IMG/VR virus record: IMGVR_UViG_3300012919_000018
Span: 1 to 37,864 of that record
Direction: 5' to 3' (one strand)
Length of the DNA stretch: 37,864 bases
From: a virus
Taxonomy: Duplodnaviria > Caudoviricetes
Part shown: one piece after another, positions 26,959-37,195 of the stretch
How positions within the stretch are numbered: position 1 is the stretch's first letter
Layout: every line of letters starts with the position of its first letter
Notes under the pieces: generated by a model
The model's database searches: none
What the model was told of the DNA's origin: nothing
Seen by the model: the letters and a program-made list of their open reading frames with translations, nothing else
Position numbers and translations under genes: made by a program

Positions 26959-29900
26959 ATGAGTATCTTCGATAAGATTAAAGAGCCCACAGGGATTGAG
27001 CTTGTTGATACTATGCTTGATCCTTACTTAAGAGGAGAGGGAGTACTTGCGGATACAGTTAGAGGTTTTTATTCTGGCGAAGAAAGATTAAAGAATATAC
27101 AAAACTTTAATACTACAGAAAAACTGTTAGATAAATACACAAAGAAAGAAGAACAAATAGATAGGATGTTAGCAAACGAGTATGGTCCTGCAACTTTTGA
27201 TAGTGCTGAATTTTTAAAAGGCGCAATGGAAGAACAAGGAGTAACCAGTCCTTATGACGTAGATGTAGGATCTGAATATGATAGGTATGTTAGACAAGTA
27301 AAAGACACAAAAGGTTTAGTGTTAGCAGAACAACTAACAACTGATTCTAAATATGATGTGTTTGCTAAAGCCACAGCAATGGGTGTGGCTGATGCAGGAT
27401 TATTTATTGCATCAATGTTAGATGGGTATGGAGGTGATTTACAGTTTGAAAGAATGTCGAATGCTGTAAGAAATAATAAATACGTTGATTTAAAATATGC
27501 CATAAACAGAGAAAATTTAGCTAGTCTTTTAGGTAAAACTGTTGAGGAAATAACAACAAAAGATTTAGAAGACGCAGAAGCACAGATTTACGCACTACAT
27601 AACATGTCACATTTAGGGTATGGTCTTGGAACTATCGGTTCTTTTCCTGCAGAAGATGTTTTGTTTAGAGGTGCGTTTGCAGCTTTTACGCAAGGTGGTA
27701 AACTTGCTTTTAATAATCCAAAAACTACAGCTGCTGTTGCAGGAGCTGCAGTTACTTCGCAAACTAGCGATGCTGAAGCTAGACAGAAAGTAATTAAATA
27801 CGCAAACGAGCTAGGACAAGGAGATGATGTTGCAAAACAATCAGAAGTAGATCAAATGGTTGCAGATTATCTAGCAGGCAAAACAAAAACAGATAAAACT
27901 GACACTACACCAACAAAACCAGTAGTTGAAGGCGGAACTACCACAATAAAAACCAGAGCTCCGGGTGGAGGTCCTTATAAAAAAACAGAAGTAAGCACAG
28001 AGTTGTTAGATAAAGCTGCTGAGATGTATAGAGGTGAAGGTGTTAGATGGTCTGATCTAAGTTCTGGTGAAAGAACTCACTTATTTGACAGTAGAGGAAT
28101 TGGACCAAAAATAGATATAGAACAAGGAACAATAAATCCTCTATGGAAACCAGTTACTAAAAAGCCTGTTTATGGTGGAACTACAGATGCTGACATTGCA
28201 TACACGAAAGAATTAGATAAAGCCGCTGCTTACGTAAGTAATGGTGAAAGAACATACGGTGAATTTTTAACAGAAGCACAACGAACAGAACGAGGTTTAA
28301 AAAGAGGAAATACAGAAACTCAAGCATATCTTAGAAATCATTGGATAAGAAACAACAAATTTATTGGTCCAACATCTGCAGGAAAACAATCTAATATAAA
28401 AGCTGTTAAAAATGCTCTAGAAGAAAAATTAAAACGCCGTGCAGAAGCTTTTTACGAACAACACGATAGATACCCTACACAAGCAGAATTACATTTTAAT
28501 ACTTTTGGTTATGCTGTTAGAGAAGCTGCAGATTTAAATTTAGTAGATCACAGTAAACTTATAAGGAAGTTGGAAGACGATGGTATAATAATATTATCAA
28601 AAGAAGATGAAGTTAGGGTTGTTAAAAAAGTTGAAGAAGAAGATAATTTTCAAAGAGGCATTCCTGCGTTTGAAAATCAATATAATACAGTAGCAGAAGT
28701 TATCTCAAGAAAAACAGGTATACCTAAAGATAGAGTAACAGATTTTTTTCATAGAGGTCATTCATTAAGAGAAGATTATTTTAATAGAGTGCCCGTAGAA
28801 TTACAGGAACAGGTACTAAGACCAAACCAACTTTTAACATCTGGTCAAAATGCAAGACACGTACACTATGAAAATACCATCATAGATATGTATAATTTAA
28901 AAGAAGAGGCTATGGGTTACTTAAATCAAATTTTAAGAGCCGAACGAACTTTAGATAAAACACAACTAGCAGCACTTGATGATCTTGTAGAAACTTTTGG
29001 CACTGGAGTTAAAGAAAATGCAAACAACCTGCAAAAGGCTCAGTCTGTTTTAAAAGGTATAGAAAAAAATTTAAACCAAGTAGATAATCAAATGTTAGAA
29101 GAAGGCTTATACACACCTATGTATGATCCTGTTACTGGTAAAGCAAGAACATTTGGTCAACCTGCAGGTGGCGGATTTGATCCACTTGATCCTAAAAGAC
29201 CAAGAAGTGATCAAACAAGAGTGCCACCAAATATAGCTTCTCAAAAAGCAACCTCAGCAGATGTAATGAGTGCAGCTAGAAGACTAGAAGAAAAAATGAA
29301 AAGTGTAGATCCAGAAACAGGTTTGCCTACTGCTACAGATCAGTACGGCCGAGCATTACGTAAAGGGGGTAAAGTAAGAGCTTTTGGTAATGAGGGTGGT
29401 GATGAAGAAGATTTAAAAAGAAGACCCGTCTTTGAAAAATACTTAGACTTTAAACAAGATAAAGCTGGAACTCAATTAGGCCTTGAGTCTATGCCTGAGT
29501 CACAACAAAAACAAATGGCTTTCTTTTTAGCAGATCCTATAGAAGGACAACAAAGAATAGAAAGAGAAAAAGTTGCGGACGCTAGTGTTAGGTATAAAGT
29601 TATACCTAAAGACGATAGCATATCTTCTGTGCAACAAAAAATAGCAGAAAAAATGATAGATGCTAAACCTACTAAATTTCCTTTAACTAGTTTTCCAAAA
29701 CTACTAACAGAAAACCCTTTAACAAAAAGTATGGATAGGCAAATGAAAACACCTTTCCTAATACTAGCTGCAGCTGCAAATGATATTATAAATAAGATGG
29801 GTGGCGATGAAAAAGAATTTAACGAAAGATTTCCTAGACTAACTTCTTATTTAACTTCTGGTTATCAACCTACTCCTGGCACGAGCCAAGAAGCAGCTTA

Positions 29901-32900
29901 TATTGATGGCATAGATGAAATAAACAGGGCGCTAGAAACAGGCGTCAGGAATCTTGGATTTAATACCATGGACTTAGTTTTAGGTGGCATAGATCTAACT
30001 GGTTTTGGTGATGGTAGATTATCTGAACGACTAAGAGAAAATTACGAAAAGACAGCAAAGAATGATCCTGAAACTTTTATGGGTGACTTGCTTGCACTTC
30101 TTACTGAGTTTGGTGTGCCAGGTGGTTTAGTAACAAAAATAGTTACTAGAATGCAAAAAGCATTAAGACTAAAAGGTTTTAACACTATGACTCGTTACGT
30201 AGATGACGATGTTGTAGGTGCTGCAAGACTTGCTATGAACACAAGTAACATAGCAAAAAGAATGGGAACAGGTGCAGTAATATTTGGAGCGGCTGATTTT
30301 GTTGGTGGTGGTCCATACAGTTCACTAAAAAGAATGTTTCCAGAAGACGCCACACTATTGCCGGGCAAACCAATAGACACTACAGATTTATCAGGTGTAG
30401 AACTTGCTGTAGCAAACTTTAAAAACAGAGTTAGATTTGGGGCCGATGGAGCGTTGATTGGGGGATTATTCCCTCTTGTCGGCCCACCAGCTTGGGCCTT
30501 AACTAAAGGCACACTTGCATTGCCATTTAAAACATTGCCTGGAATTAACAGGTCTGTTTTTGGTGGCGCATTGCAATTAGCAGGAGTGCCATTAAAAATA
30601 GCAGCAGATTCTTTAGCAGGTAAAATACCTTACACTAATAAAACAATACCACTTGTTGGAGAAGGCATAAGTTATTTAGGTAAAAAAGGTGCAACAGCTG
30701 CACAAGCTACAGCTGCTTTTATAGGTAAACAAGTTTTTACTAGAGCTGCACTTGGTCTCTATGATGCAGCCTATGCTAGGTCAGGAATATATTCAGGCAT
30801 GCGGCCAAACACTACTATGTTTACAAAAAACTTACCTAAGTTTGAAGATTGGAGAAGATTTTCTGTAAACAGCAGAGATCCTTTGCACCAGTATCTTGCA
30901 AAAATTGATAATAAATTAGCTTTGTTTAGAGACATAGGTAAACTAGGCAAAGATGCTTTTGCAACAAAGACACAAAGCGATCTATACATACGAGCAAAAT
31001 CTAGAGCCGTAGAAAAATATTTAATAGATGTTGAAAGAATAGCATACAAGTTGGCAAAAGCTTTTGAGGAACGACATCAAAAGTATGGTGAGTTTGAAAC
31101 TATACAGAAAAAATATTTAGATGATGTATTAGATTTCTTAGAAGGTAAAATAAGAGTTGATCAACTGCCTAAACAATTGCAGGTGCCAGCTAATGATTTA
31201 AGAAATTATACAAACTCATTAAAGAAAGAGTTTGGAGAATTATTACCTACAACTGATCCCATAAACTATTTATTACAAGCAGATATAAATGCTGTAATGC
31301 GTAGATCTTTTGCTGCATTTACGAATAACTCATACCAACCAACAAAAGAGGCTGTAAGAAATGCTAAAGAGTTTATAAAAAATTTAATTAAAGATAATAA
31401 CAGTTTAAAAATGGAAGCAGAGCTGGCGTTTCCAGATAAATCTATAGCAGAAGCAATAGACGAATTTGCATCATTAAAAGTTGCTGACATTATGCATACA
31501 GCTAGATACGAAATGTCTGATCCATTTAAAGCACTAGAAAATATTGCTTTTAGAAAACTTGGATTAGATGACATATCTCTTGTTACTGGAGATGAACTAC
31601 CTAAAGCAATAAGAGCATTATTGGGTGAAGAAAAAAATCTTAGATCTTCTTTACTACAAACAACAGGTAATATTATTGCAAGCACCTCACAGAAGAAAGC
31701 ATTAGATCAAATTGCTCAAATGGGTCTGACTAACGGATGGTTGTTTAGATCTGCCGATGAAGCATTAGGTAAGGGCATACTAAATGCAGCACCTTTAACA
31801 GATGTAAAAGGATCTGGTTTTTTACTTAATGATGCAATTGGTTTGTATGGCACTCCAGAAATTATAAAACAACTTAGTGGTTACAGTTTATTTGATGGCT
31901 TCTTAAAAAGCACAATATATCAAAATATACTAGCAGCAAAAGCTATGGTGCAAGGAGGTAAGACTCTTTACTCACCAGCTACACAAATGCGTAACGTAGG
32001 ATCAGCCGCACTATTTGCTCTTAATGTAGGTCACATTGGTGGTAGCGCAAGTGTACCACAAGCTTTTAAAATAGTTATGGATGACATATTTGGTCCTGGA
32101 CGAAACGTAGACAAGAAAACACTAAATAAATTTATTGAAAGAAAAATTGAATTAGGTGTTATTGACGAGAACGTTGTTGCGCAAGAACTAACAGCAATAT
32201 TAAATGATTTAAAAGGTGCAACAAAAGAAACCGGTGAACCTGTAATTAGTAGTTTTAATCAACTAATACAAAGAGTCGGTAACACACAGCTTAGCCAATA
32301 CGTGCAAAGGTTGTATGCAGGTGGTGATAACTTATGGAAACTCTATGGTCACGAGTTTTATATCTCCGAACTTAAACAATTTACTAAGTCTATAGATGAC
32401 GTAAAAAGATATTTTGATGACATAGTAGGTAGAGAGTTTGTAGAGATCAGCCCAAAAACTGGTGGCAAAAAGACTGTAATGGAAGGTATCGAAGAAATAG
32501 CTGCACATTTAGTACGAGATACTTACCCTACATACAGTAGAGTGCCACCTGCAATACAAGCAATTAGAAAACTACCTATAGGTAACTTTATATCTTTCCC
32601 TGCAGAGATGTTAAGAACCACAGCTACAACACTATCTACGTCACTAAAACACATTGCATCAGGTAATCCAGGTTTACAAGCTATGGGATACAGATCTTTG
32701 TTTGGTCAATTTAGTACACTATATGGGGTAAACGAAGGAGTAAAAGCTTTAGGACATACCTTTACTGATGTATCTCCAGAGGCTATGAGAGCTTACCAAG
32801 ACGGACTAGGTCCTAGATTTATGGAAAACCATCTAATGGTGCCACTAACAAATAAAGATCCACAAACGGGTGAGTTTAAAGCGTTTGATTTATCTTCTTA

Positions 32901-34008
32901 CAATCCATACGCGTATGTTATAGATCCCGTAGAAAGTTTTATACGAGAACTTGGAACTACGAGGATGTCTGTTGATCAGGTAGAGGGTGAGGTTTATAAC
33001 AGAATATTTGATGCAGCTAGTCCTTTAATGGCATTTATAGAACCATTTACATCAGAAACTATTTTACTAGAACCTATGTTTGATATTTGGGCACGACAAG
33101 GTAAAGCACGTAATGGAGCAACTGTATTTAGTCCAACAGATGATTTTGGAGACAAAGTTAGTAAATCGTTCCGACATATTATTGGAACTGTAGCTCCTGG
33201 ATTTGTAAGAAGCACAGGACAGGTGTTAAATGCATTGAGTCTAGATACAAAACAAGGACGATTATCTGAGCTAGGTGATGTGTTGCTTAGATTATTAGGT
33301 GGTTCAATCATAAACGTAGACCCGGTTAGTGCCCTTGATTATAAAGCAATTGATATACGTGATATACGATCTAACGTATACAAAACAGAACACTTTTTTA
33401 GTAAAGAAAATGCGTTAGAACGTGGGCCTGATGTTATGGCAGCAGAGTTTCAACAAATACAAAACGAAGCGCTTGCAGCTCAGTTTGAAGTTTACAAAAT
33501 GTTTAGTCAAGCATTAGAATCTGGATTACTAACAAGAGATCAAATTGAACAGGTGTTAGGTAAAGATGGTCGTAACGTGCCAAACTTAGATAATTTAATG
33601 GATGGTTATTTTACACCGGTTTCATACTCTGAGTCTGGATTAGAACAAAGAGCAGATGAACTTTACAAAGAATATTTAAAAAGTGGTATAGTAATAAACA
33701 GAAGTGACTTACTACCACTTAGTAAACTTGACTCTATTATATTTAAAATGGAAAACATAAGATTTAAAGATTTAGTAGATCCTGATAGAGAACCTTTAGC
33801 TCAACCAAAAACTAGTTCTGATAATTTATATTTTGGTGGTCAACAACAAGAACCTGTAACTCCAGAGTTGCCTAACATGCCAACACCAATAGTGCCAAAC
33901 ACTAATGTAAACCCAGTCAATCCAGCAACTGGATTGACAACTACGGAAACTGCTTTATTATCGCCAGGCGAACAAGCCATAAGACAACGTCAAAAGGGGA
34001 TGGCCTAA
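26959..34008 (+). CDS. Giant (2349 aa) internal virion/ejection protein
   Basis: Last gene of the ejection block; largely helical with hydrophobic segments; one degenerate GG motif (LRKGGKVRAFGNEGG); HNH-like motif near aa 598-634. Confidence 0.75.
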   Translation: MSIFDKIKEPTGIELVDTMLDPYLRGEGVLADTVRGFYSGEERLKNIQNFNTTEKLLDKYTKKEEQIDRMLANEYGPATFDSAEFLKGAMEEQGVTSPYDVDVGSEYDRYVRQVKDTKGLVLAEQLTTDSKYDVFAKATAMGVADAGLFIASMLDGYGGDLQFERMSNAVRNNKYVDLKYAINRENLASLLGKTVEEITTKDLEDAEAQIYALHNMSHLGYGLGTIGSFPAEDVLFRGAFAAFTQGGKLAFNNPKTTAAVAGAAVTSQTSDAEARQKVIKYANELGQGDDVAKQSEVDQMVADYLAGKTKTDKTDTTPTKPVVEGGTTTIKTRAPGGGPYKKTEVSTELLDKAAEMYRGEGVRWSDLSSGERTHLFDSRGIGPKIDIEQGTINPLWKPVTKKPVYGGTTDADIAYTKELDKAAAYVSNGERTYGEFLTEAQRTERGLKRGNTETQAYLRNHWIRNNKFIGPTSAGKQSNIKAVKNALEEKLKRRAEAFYEQHDRYPTQAELHFNTFGYAVREAADLNLVDHSKLIRKLEDDGIIILSKEDEVRVVKKVEEEDNFQRGIPAFENQYNTVAEVISRKTGIPKDRVTDFFHRGHSLREDYFNRVPVELQEQVLRPNQLLTSGQNARHVHYENTIIDMYNLKEEAMGYLNQILRAERTLDKTQLAALDDLVETFGTGVKENANNLQKAQSVLKGIEKNLNQVDNQMLEEGLYTPMYDPVTGKARTFGQPAGGGFDPLDPKRPRSDQTRVPPNIASQKATSADVMSAARRLEEKMKSVDPETGLPTATDQYGRALRKGGKVRAFGNEGGDEEDLKRRPVFEKYLDFKQDKAGTQLGLESMPESQQKQMAFFLADPIEGQQRIEREKVADASVRYKVIPKDDSISSVQQKIAEKMIDAKPTKFPLTSFPKLLTENPLTKSMDRQMKTPFLILAAAANDIINKMGGDEKEFNERFPRLTSYLTSGYQPTPGTSQEAAYIDGIDEINRALETGVRNLGFNTMDLVLGGIDLTGFGDGRLSERLRENYEKTAKNDPETFMGDLLALLTEFGVPGGLVTKIVTRMQKALRLKGFNTMTRYVDDDVVGAARLAMNTSNIAKRMGTGAVIFGAADFVGGGPYSSLKRMFPEDATLLPGKPIDTTDLSGVELAVANFKNRVRFGADGALIGGLFPLVGPPAWALTKGTLALPFKTLPGINRSVFGGALQLAGVPLKIAADSLAGKIPYTNKTIPLVGEGISYLGKKGATAAQATAAFIGKQVFTRAALGLYDAAYARSGIYSGMRPNTTMFTKNLPKFEDWRRFSVNSRDPLHQYLAKIDNKLALFRDIGKLGKDAFATKTQSDLYIRAKSRAVEKYLIDVERIAYKLAKAFEERHQKYGEFETIQKKYLDDVLDFLEGKIRVDQLPKQLQVPANDLRNYTNSLKKEFGELLPTTDPINYLLQADINAVMRRSFAAFTNNSYQPTKEAVRNAKEFIKNLIKDNNSLKMEAELAFPDKSIAEAIDEFASLKVADIMHTARYEMSDPFKALENIAFRKLGLDDISLVTGDELPKAIRALLGEEKNLRSSLLQTTGNIIASTSQKKALDQIAQMGLTNGWLFRSADEALGKGILNAAPLTDVKGSGFLLNDAIGLYGTPEIIKQLSGYSLFDGFLKSTIYQNILAAKAMVQGGKTLYSPATQMRNVGSAALFALNVGHIGGSASVPQAFKIVMDDIFGPGRNVDKKTLNKFIERKIELGVIDENVVAQELTAILNDLKGATKETGEPVISSFNQLIQRVGNTQLSQYVQRLYAGGDNLWKLYGHEFYISELKQFTKSIDDVKRYFDDIVGREFVEISPKTGGKKTVMEGIEEIAAHLVRDTYPTYSRVPPAIQAIRKLPIGNFISFPAEMLRTTATTLSTSLKHIASGNPGLQAMGYRSLFGQFSTLYGVNEGVKALGHTFTDVSPEAMRAYQDGLGPRFMENHLMVPLTNKDPQTGEFKAFDLSSYNPYAYVIDPVESFIRELGTTRMSVDQVEGEVYNRIFDAASPLMAFIEPFTSETILLEPMFDIWARQGKARNGATVFSPTDDFGDKVSKSFRHIIGTVAPGFVRSTGQVLNALSLDTKQGRLSELGDVLLRLLGGSIINVDPVSALDYKAIDIRDIRSNVYKTEHFFSKENALERGPDVMAAEFQQIQNEALAAQFEVYKMFSQALESGLLTRDQIEQVLGKDGRNVPNLDNLMDGYFTPVSYSESGLEQRADELYKEYLKSGIVINRSDLLPLSKLDSIIFKMENIRFKDLVDPDREPLAQPKTSSDNLYFGGQQQEPVTPELPNMPTPIVPNTNVNPVNPATGLTTTETALLSPGEQAIRQRQKGMA

Positions 34009-34268
34009 TGAATGATACGGTAAAAGGCATAACACCAGAAGGTGACAGAGAGCACATTATTTCTTTGTATGGACATGTCAAAGGTGTAGAGCGTGAAATA
34101 GAAATAATTAAAACTAATCACCTTGCTCACCTAGACAACAAGATTACACACGTGCACGAAGACGTAGAGAAATTGGGGGGCAAGATAGACAAAATCTATT
34201 GGGTAGTTCTTACCACGGTGGGTGCCGTTGGTTTAGTGTTCATAGAAACTTTATTGGGGATGATATGA
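34008..34268 (+). CDS. Small coiled-coil protein with C-terminal TM helix (possible lysis-associated protein)
   Basis: IKTNHLAHL coiled coil, then IYWVVLTTVGAVGLVFIETLLG; immediately upstream of the endolysin. Confidence 0.6.
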   Translation: MNDTVKGITPEGDREHIISLYGHVKGVEREIEIIKTNHLAHLDNKITHVHEDVEKLGGKIDKIYWVVLTTVGAVGLVFIETLLGMI

Positions 34269-34726
34269 AACTTTCAGCAAACTTTTCACTAGCAGAGATG
34301 ACTAAATCTCAAACAGCAACGCGCAAAGGTATTAGAAACGAACCATCAACTGCGCACATAGAAAACCTTATTCACCTAGCGGAGTCCGTCCTGCAACCAG
34401 TGAGAGATCACTTTGGTAAAGCGGTCATGATATCTTCAGGCTATCGTAGCCCAGAGCTGTGCGAAGCTATCGGATCTTCGACTAAGTCACAGCATGCCAG
34501 GGGTGAGGCAGCAGACTTCGAGATACATGGAGTTGACAACAAGGAACTTGCGACGTGGATTAGTAAAAATACGGAATTTGACCAACTAATTCTGGAATTT
34601 TATGATGAGGGAGATCCGAACTCTGGATGGGTGCACTGTTCAGCGGTGATGGAAGAGCCAAGAAAACAAGTGCTAAGAGCGAGCAAAGTAGAAGGACGGA
34701 CCAAATACGAAAATATAATTCTCTAG
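34265..34726 (+). CDS. Peptidase M15A family Zn metallopeptidase (putative endolysin); likely start ATG 34265
   Basis: MKLSANFSLAEM, SGYRS, SQHARGEAADF (SxHx6D) and WVH zinc ligands. Confidence 0.88.
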   Translation: MKLSANFSLAEMTKSQTATRKGIRNEPSTAHIENLIHLAESVLQPVRDHFGKAVMISSGYRSPELCEAIGSSTKSQHARGEAADFEIHGVDNKELATWISKNTEFDQLILEFYDEGDPNSGWVHCSAVMEEPRKQVLRASKVEGRTKYENIIL

Positions 34727-36171
34727 ATCCAGTCTTTGATATCCTCGCCCATAATTTCATTTGCAATGTTAACTTTATTCCTAAGTGATTTAACTATTTT
34801 ATCGTCTACAGTATTTTCAGCTACAAAGTCAACATAAGTAACGCTGCCAGTCTGGCCAATACGATGAGCTCTATCTTCTGATTGTAATCTTTTTTCGAGA
34901 TCATAACTGTTAGAATAATATACTACCGTGTTAGCAGCAGTCAGGGTAATTCCGTAGCCTCCAGTTTGTGGATTTCCTACGAAATAGCGTGTAGGGCCGT
35001 TTTTTTGCTGAAATAGAGCAATTTGCTTCTGCCGGAGGGTAGAGTCCACCCCACCGTGATATTCGACTGTAGAGGCATCTCCGTAAGCTTTTTTTAAAGC
35101 TTCGGCTATATTTTTTATGTCTTCTCTGTAGTTTGCCCAAATAATAACCTTGCCGTCAGTTTCTTCTAATAATTCTAATAGTGCATCAATACGATTGTTT
35201 TTTAATGCCGTAACTGTGCCATCATCTGCCTTAAAATTGCCACAAGTTATTTGGTGTAGTCGCATAAGCTGAGTCATAACATTTACAGTAGTCATAACTT
35301 CTCCATTATCAAGCATAGCTAGTGCCATTTGTTTCATTTGTTTATATGCTTTGTCTTGTTCTTTGGTTAACTCAACATATCTTTTTGTAAATATTTTTTC
35401 TGGTAAATCTAAACAGTCTTCTTTTAGTACACGATAAGAAAATTTATCTAGTATATCTGCTAGTTCATCGAGTCTTCTGTAAGAAACTACAAGCTGCACT
35501 TGTCGACCGCCGAAATTTCTTTTGACCATGTTTGCATAGCGCGCACGAAAACTATAGTAGGAGGCATGACCCAGGTGATGTGGGTCTAGAAATTCACATT
35601 GACTAAACAAGTCAAGAGGTGACTTTGTAACTGGTGAGCCGGTTAGAATTCTACGATATTTTGCAAGATCCCCTATTTTTAAAATATTTTTTGTTCTTTT
35701 AGCTGTCGGATTTTTGATTGTCGTAGATTCATCAATTCCAAATAAAGCTCTTCCAACAAAAATGTTAAGGAAACTTCGCGCAAAGTCCAGTCCTTTTGAC
35801 GTAGAAAATGCTTCTACGTTCATTATCAATATCTTAAGTTTGTGATTATCTTCAAAAAGTGTATCTAACTCAGCCTGTTTTTTCTTTGTAATCGTCGGTT
35901 CCCATAATACTTTTGTATATTCTATGTGTTCTGGCATATGTGTGGGAAACTCTATTTGATCCCAGTTCTTGTATACACCTTTGGGTGCTACAATCAGAGC
36001 CCCTTTGATAGCACCTCTATCATATAGGATAGCTATATTATCGACGAGGACCTTGGATTTGCCGGTGCCCATCTCCATAAAAAGCCCGTAAGTCTCAGAA
36101 GCCCAGGATTTTTCTAAAGCTTTGAGCTGGTGCTCGTATGGCTTAGTTTTAAACTTATAATTTTTTATCAT
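34723..36171 (-). CDS. SNF2-family (SF2) DNA helicase
   Basis: MEMGTGKS Walker A, DEST Walker B, LTGSP motif III, GGYGITLT and QSEDRAHRIGQ motifs. Confidence 0.92.
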   Translation of the reverse strand: MIKNYKFKTKPYEHQLKALEKSWASETYGLFMEMGTGKSKVLVDNIAILYDRGAIKGALIVAPKGVYKNWDQIEFPTHMPEHIEYTKVLWEPTITKKKQAELDTLFEDNHKLKILIMNVEAFSTSKGLDFARSFLNIFVGRALFGIDESTTIKNPTAKRTKNILKIGDLAKYRRILTGSPVTKSPLDLFSQCEFLDPHHLGHASYYSFRARYANMVKRNFGGRQVQLVVSYRRLDELADILDKFSYRVLKEDCLDLPEKIFTKRYVELTKEQDKAYKQMKQMALAMLDNGEVMTTVNVMTQLMRLHQITCGNFKADDGTVTALKNNRIDALLELLEETDGKVIIWANYREDIKNIAEALKKAYGDASTVEYHGGVDSTLRQKQIALFQQKNGPTRYFVGNPQTGGYGITLTAANTVVYYSNSYDLEKRLQSEDRAHRIGQTGSVTYVDFVAENTVDDKIVKSLRNKVNIANEIMGEDIKDWI

Positions 36172-36188
36172 ATTTTAATTATTCTTTC

Positions 36189-36225
36189 TTGACATTTATA
36201 TAATGATGACTATGTTGAATGTCAA
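36189..36225. promoter_or_regulatory. Overlapping divergent sigma70-like promoters / 8-bp inverted repeat
   Basis: ttgacatt (36189-36196) and aatgtcaa (36218-36225). + strand: TTGACA-N16-TATGTT. - strand: TTGACA-N17-TATATA. Confidence 0.65.
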
Positions 36226-36240
36226 CACAGAAAGTATGAA

Positions 36241-36663
36241 ATGAGAAATAAATTATTTGAATTATACAGGCCAAAACAATTGGCAGAATTTTTAGAGTTT
36301 AACAAAGAAAATCCTAAAGAGGATTTTGTATACGTTTTACAACACCCTCCAAGAAATATAAATATTTTAACAGCATCTGACTATGGATATTTGGTAATTT
36401 GTTTACCAGAAAATTCACAGATGTTGTTTAGTCCACAACCTTTTATACATAAGATGAGAAAAAATTTACAAGATTTTAAAGAAACAGATTACATACTTTG
36501 TTCTGGCGATCCTGCTATCATAGGATTGTCAACAGCAATTGTAAGTGATATAACACAAGGTAGATTTAATTTACTGAAATGGGATAGACAGGAGACAAGA
36601 TACTATCCACTTAGTTTTAATTTATTCGAGAAAGGAATAGAAGATGACAGAAATAAATTTTGA
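36241..36663 (+). CDS. Hypothetical protein (replication/early module)
   Basis: 140 aa; DYILCSGDPAII and LKWDRQ..RYYP motifs; first gene of the rightward unit. Confidence 0.75.
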   Translation: MRNKLFELYRPKQLAEFLEFNKENPKEDFVYVLQHPPRNINILTASDYGYLVICLPENSQMLFSPQPFIHKMRKNLQDFKETDYILCSGDPAIIGLSTAIVSDITQGRFNLLKWDRQETRYYPLSFNLFEKGIEDDRNKF

Positions 36664-37195
36664 AGAAGACCAACAAGAAATAATAGAGAAGACTGATATT
36701 TCTAGTTTGGCAGGATATTGTAAAGAGCTGAAAGCTTACGAAGATGAGATTGCAGACTTAGAAGAAAAAATAAAATATAAAAAAGAAAAAGCAGACAAGA
36801 TTAGTTCAGAGATAATACCTAATATGCTAGCAGAGCAAGGGTTGTCATCTTTGAAATTAGCTGACGGCAGCGCTGTAGAGGTAAAAAAATCTTACAGTTG
36901 CACTATCAAAAAAGATGATATTGAGTCAGCTTACACATGGCTTCGAGAAAACGGGCTAGGAGATCTTATTAAAAATGAGGTCTTTGTAACGTTCGGTAAA
37001 GGCGAAGATAACAAGGCGAAGGATCTCCTGGACCTTGCGGAGCAATCTGGTTATGAGCCACAACAAAAATCAAAAGTTGAACCCATGACTTTGAAAGCTC
37101 TTTATAGAGAGCGTGTCGAGGCCGGCCTCGACATGCCCTCGGATTCTTTTCATTTATTTGTAAAAGATCAAACTAAAATTAGCCGGAAAAAATGA
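36644..37195 (+). CDS. Hypothetical protein of the phage replication module
   Basis: 183 aa; coiled coil, LKLADGS, AYTWLRENGLGDLIKN, VEPMTLKA; RBS aaagga. Confidence 0.75.
   Translation: MTEINFEEDQQEIIEKTDISSLAGYCKELKAYEDEIADLEEKIKYKKEKADKISSEIIPNMLAEQGLSSLKLADGSAVEVKKSYSCTIKKDDIESAYTWLRENGLGDLIKNEVFVTFGKGEDNKAKDLLDLAEQSGYEPQQKSKVEPMTLKALYRERVEAGLDMPSDSFHLFVKDQTKISRKK

Noticed and set aside
288-33311. Numerous minus-strand and alternate-frame ORFs of 60-220 aa in the ORF track (e.g. 9542..10090, 15069..15725, 16850..17239)
   Set aside because: They overlap well-supported + strand genes, lack recognisable motifs, and are expected antisense shadows of biased codon usage.
34199-34264. 22-aa N-terminal extension of the endolysin given by the ORF track
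   Set aside because: It overlaps the upstream TM gene; ATG 34265 has ATGA coupling and gives a typical M15A N-terminus.
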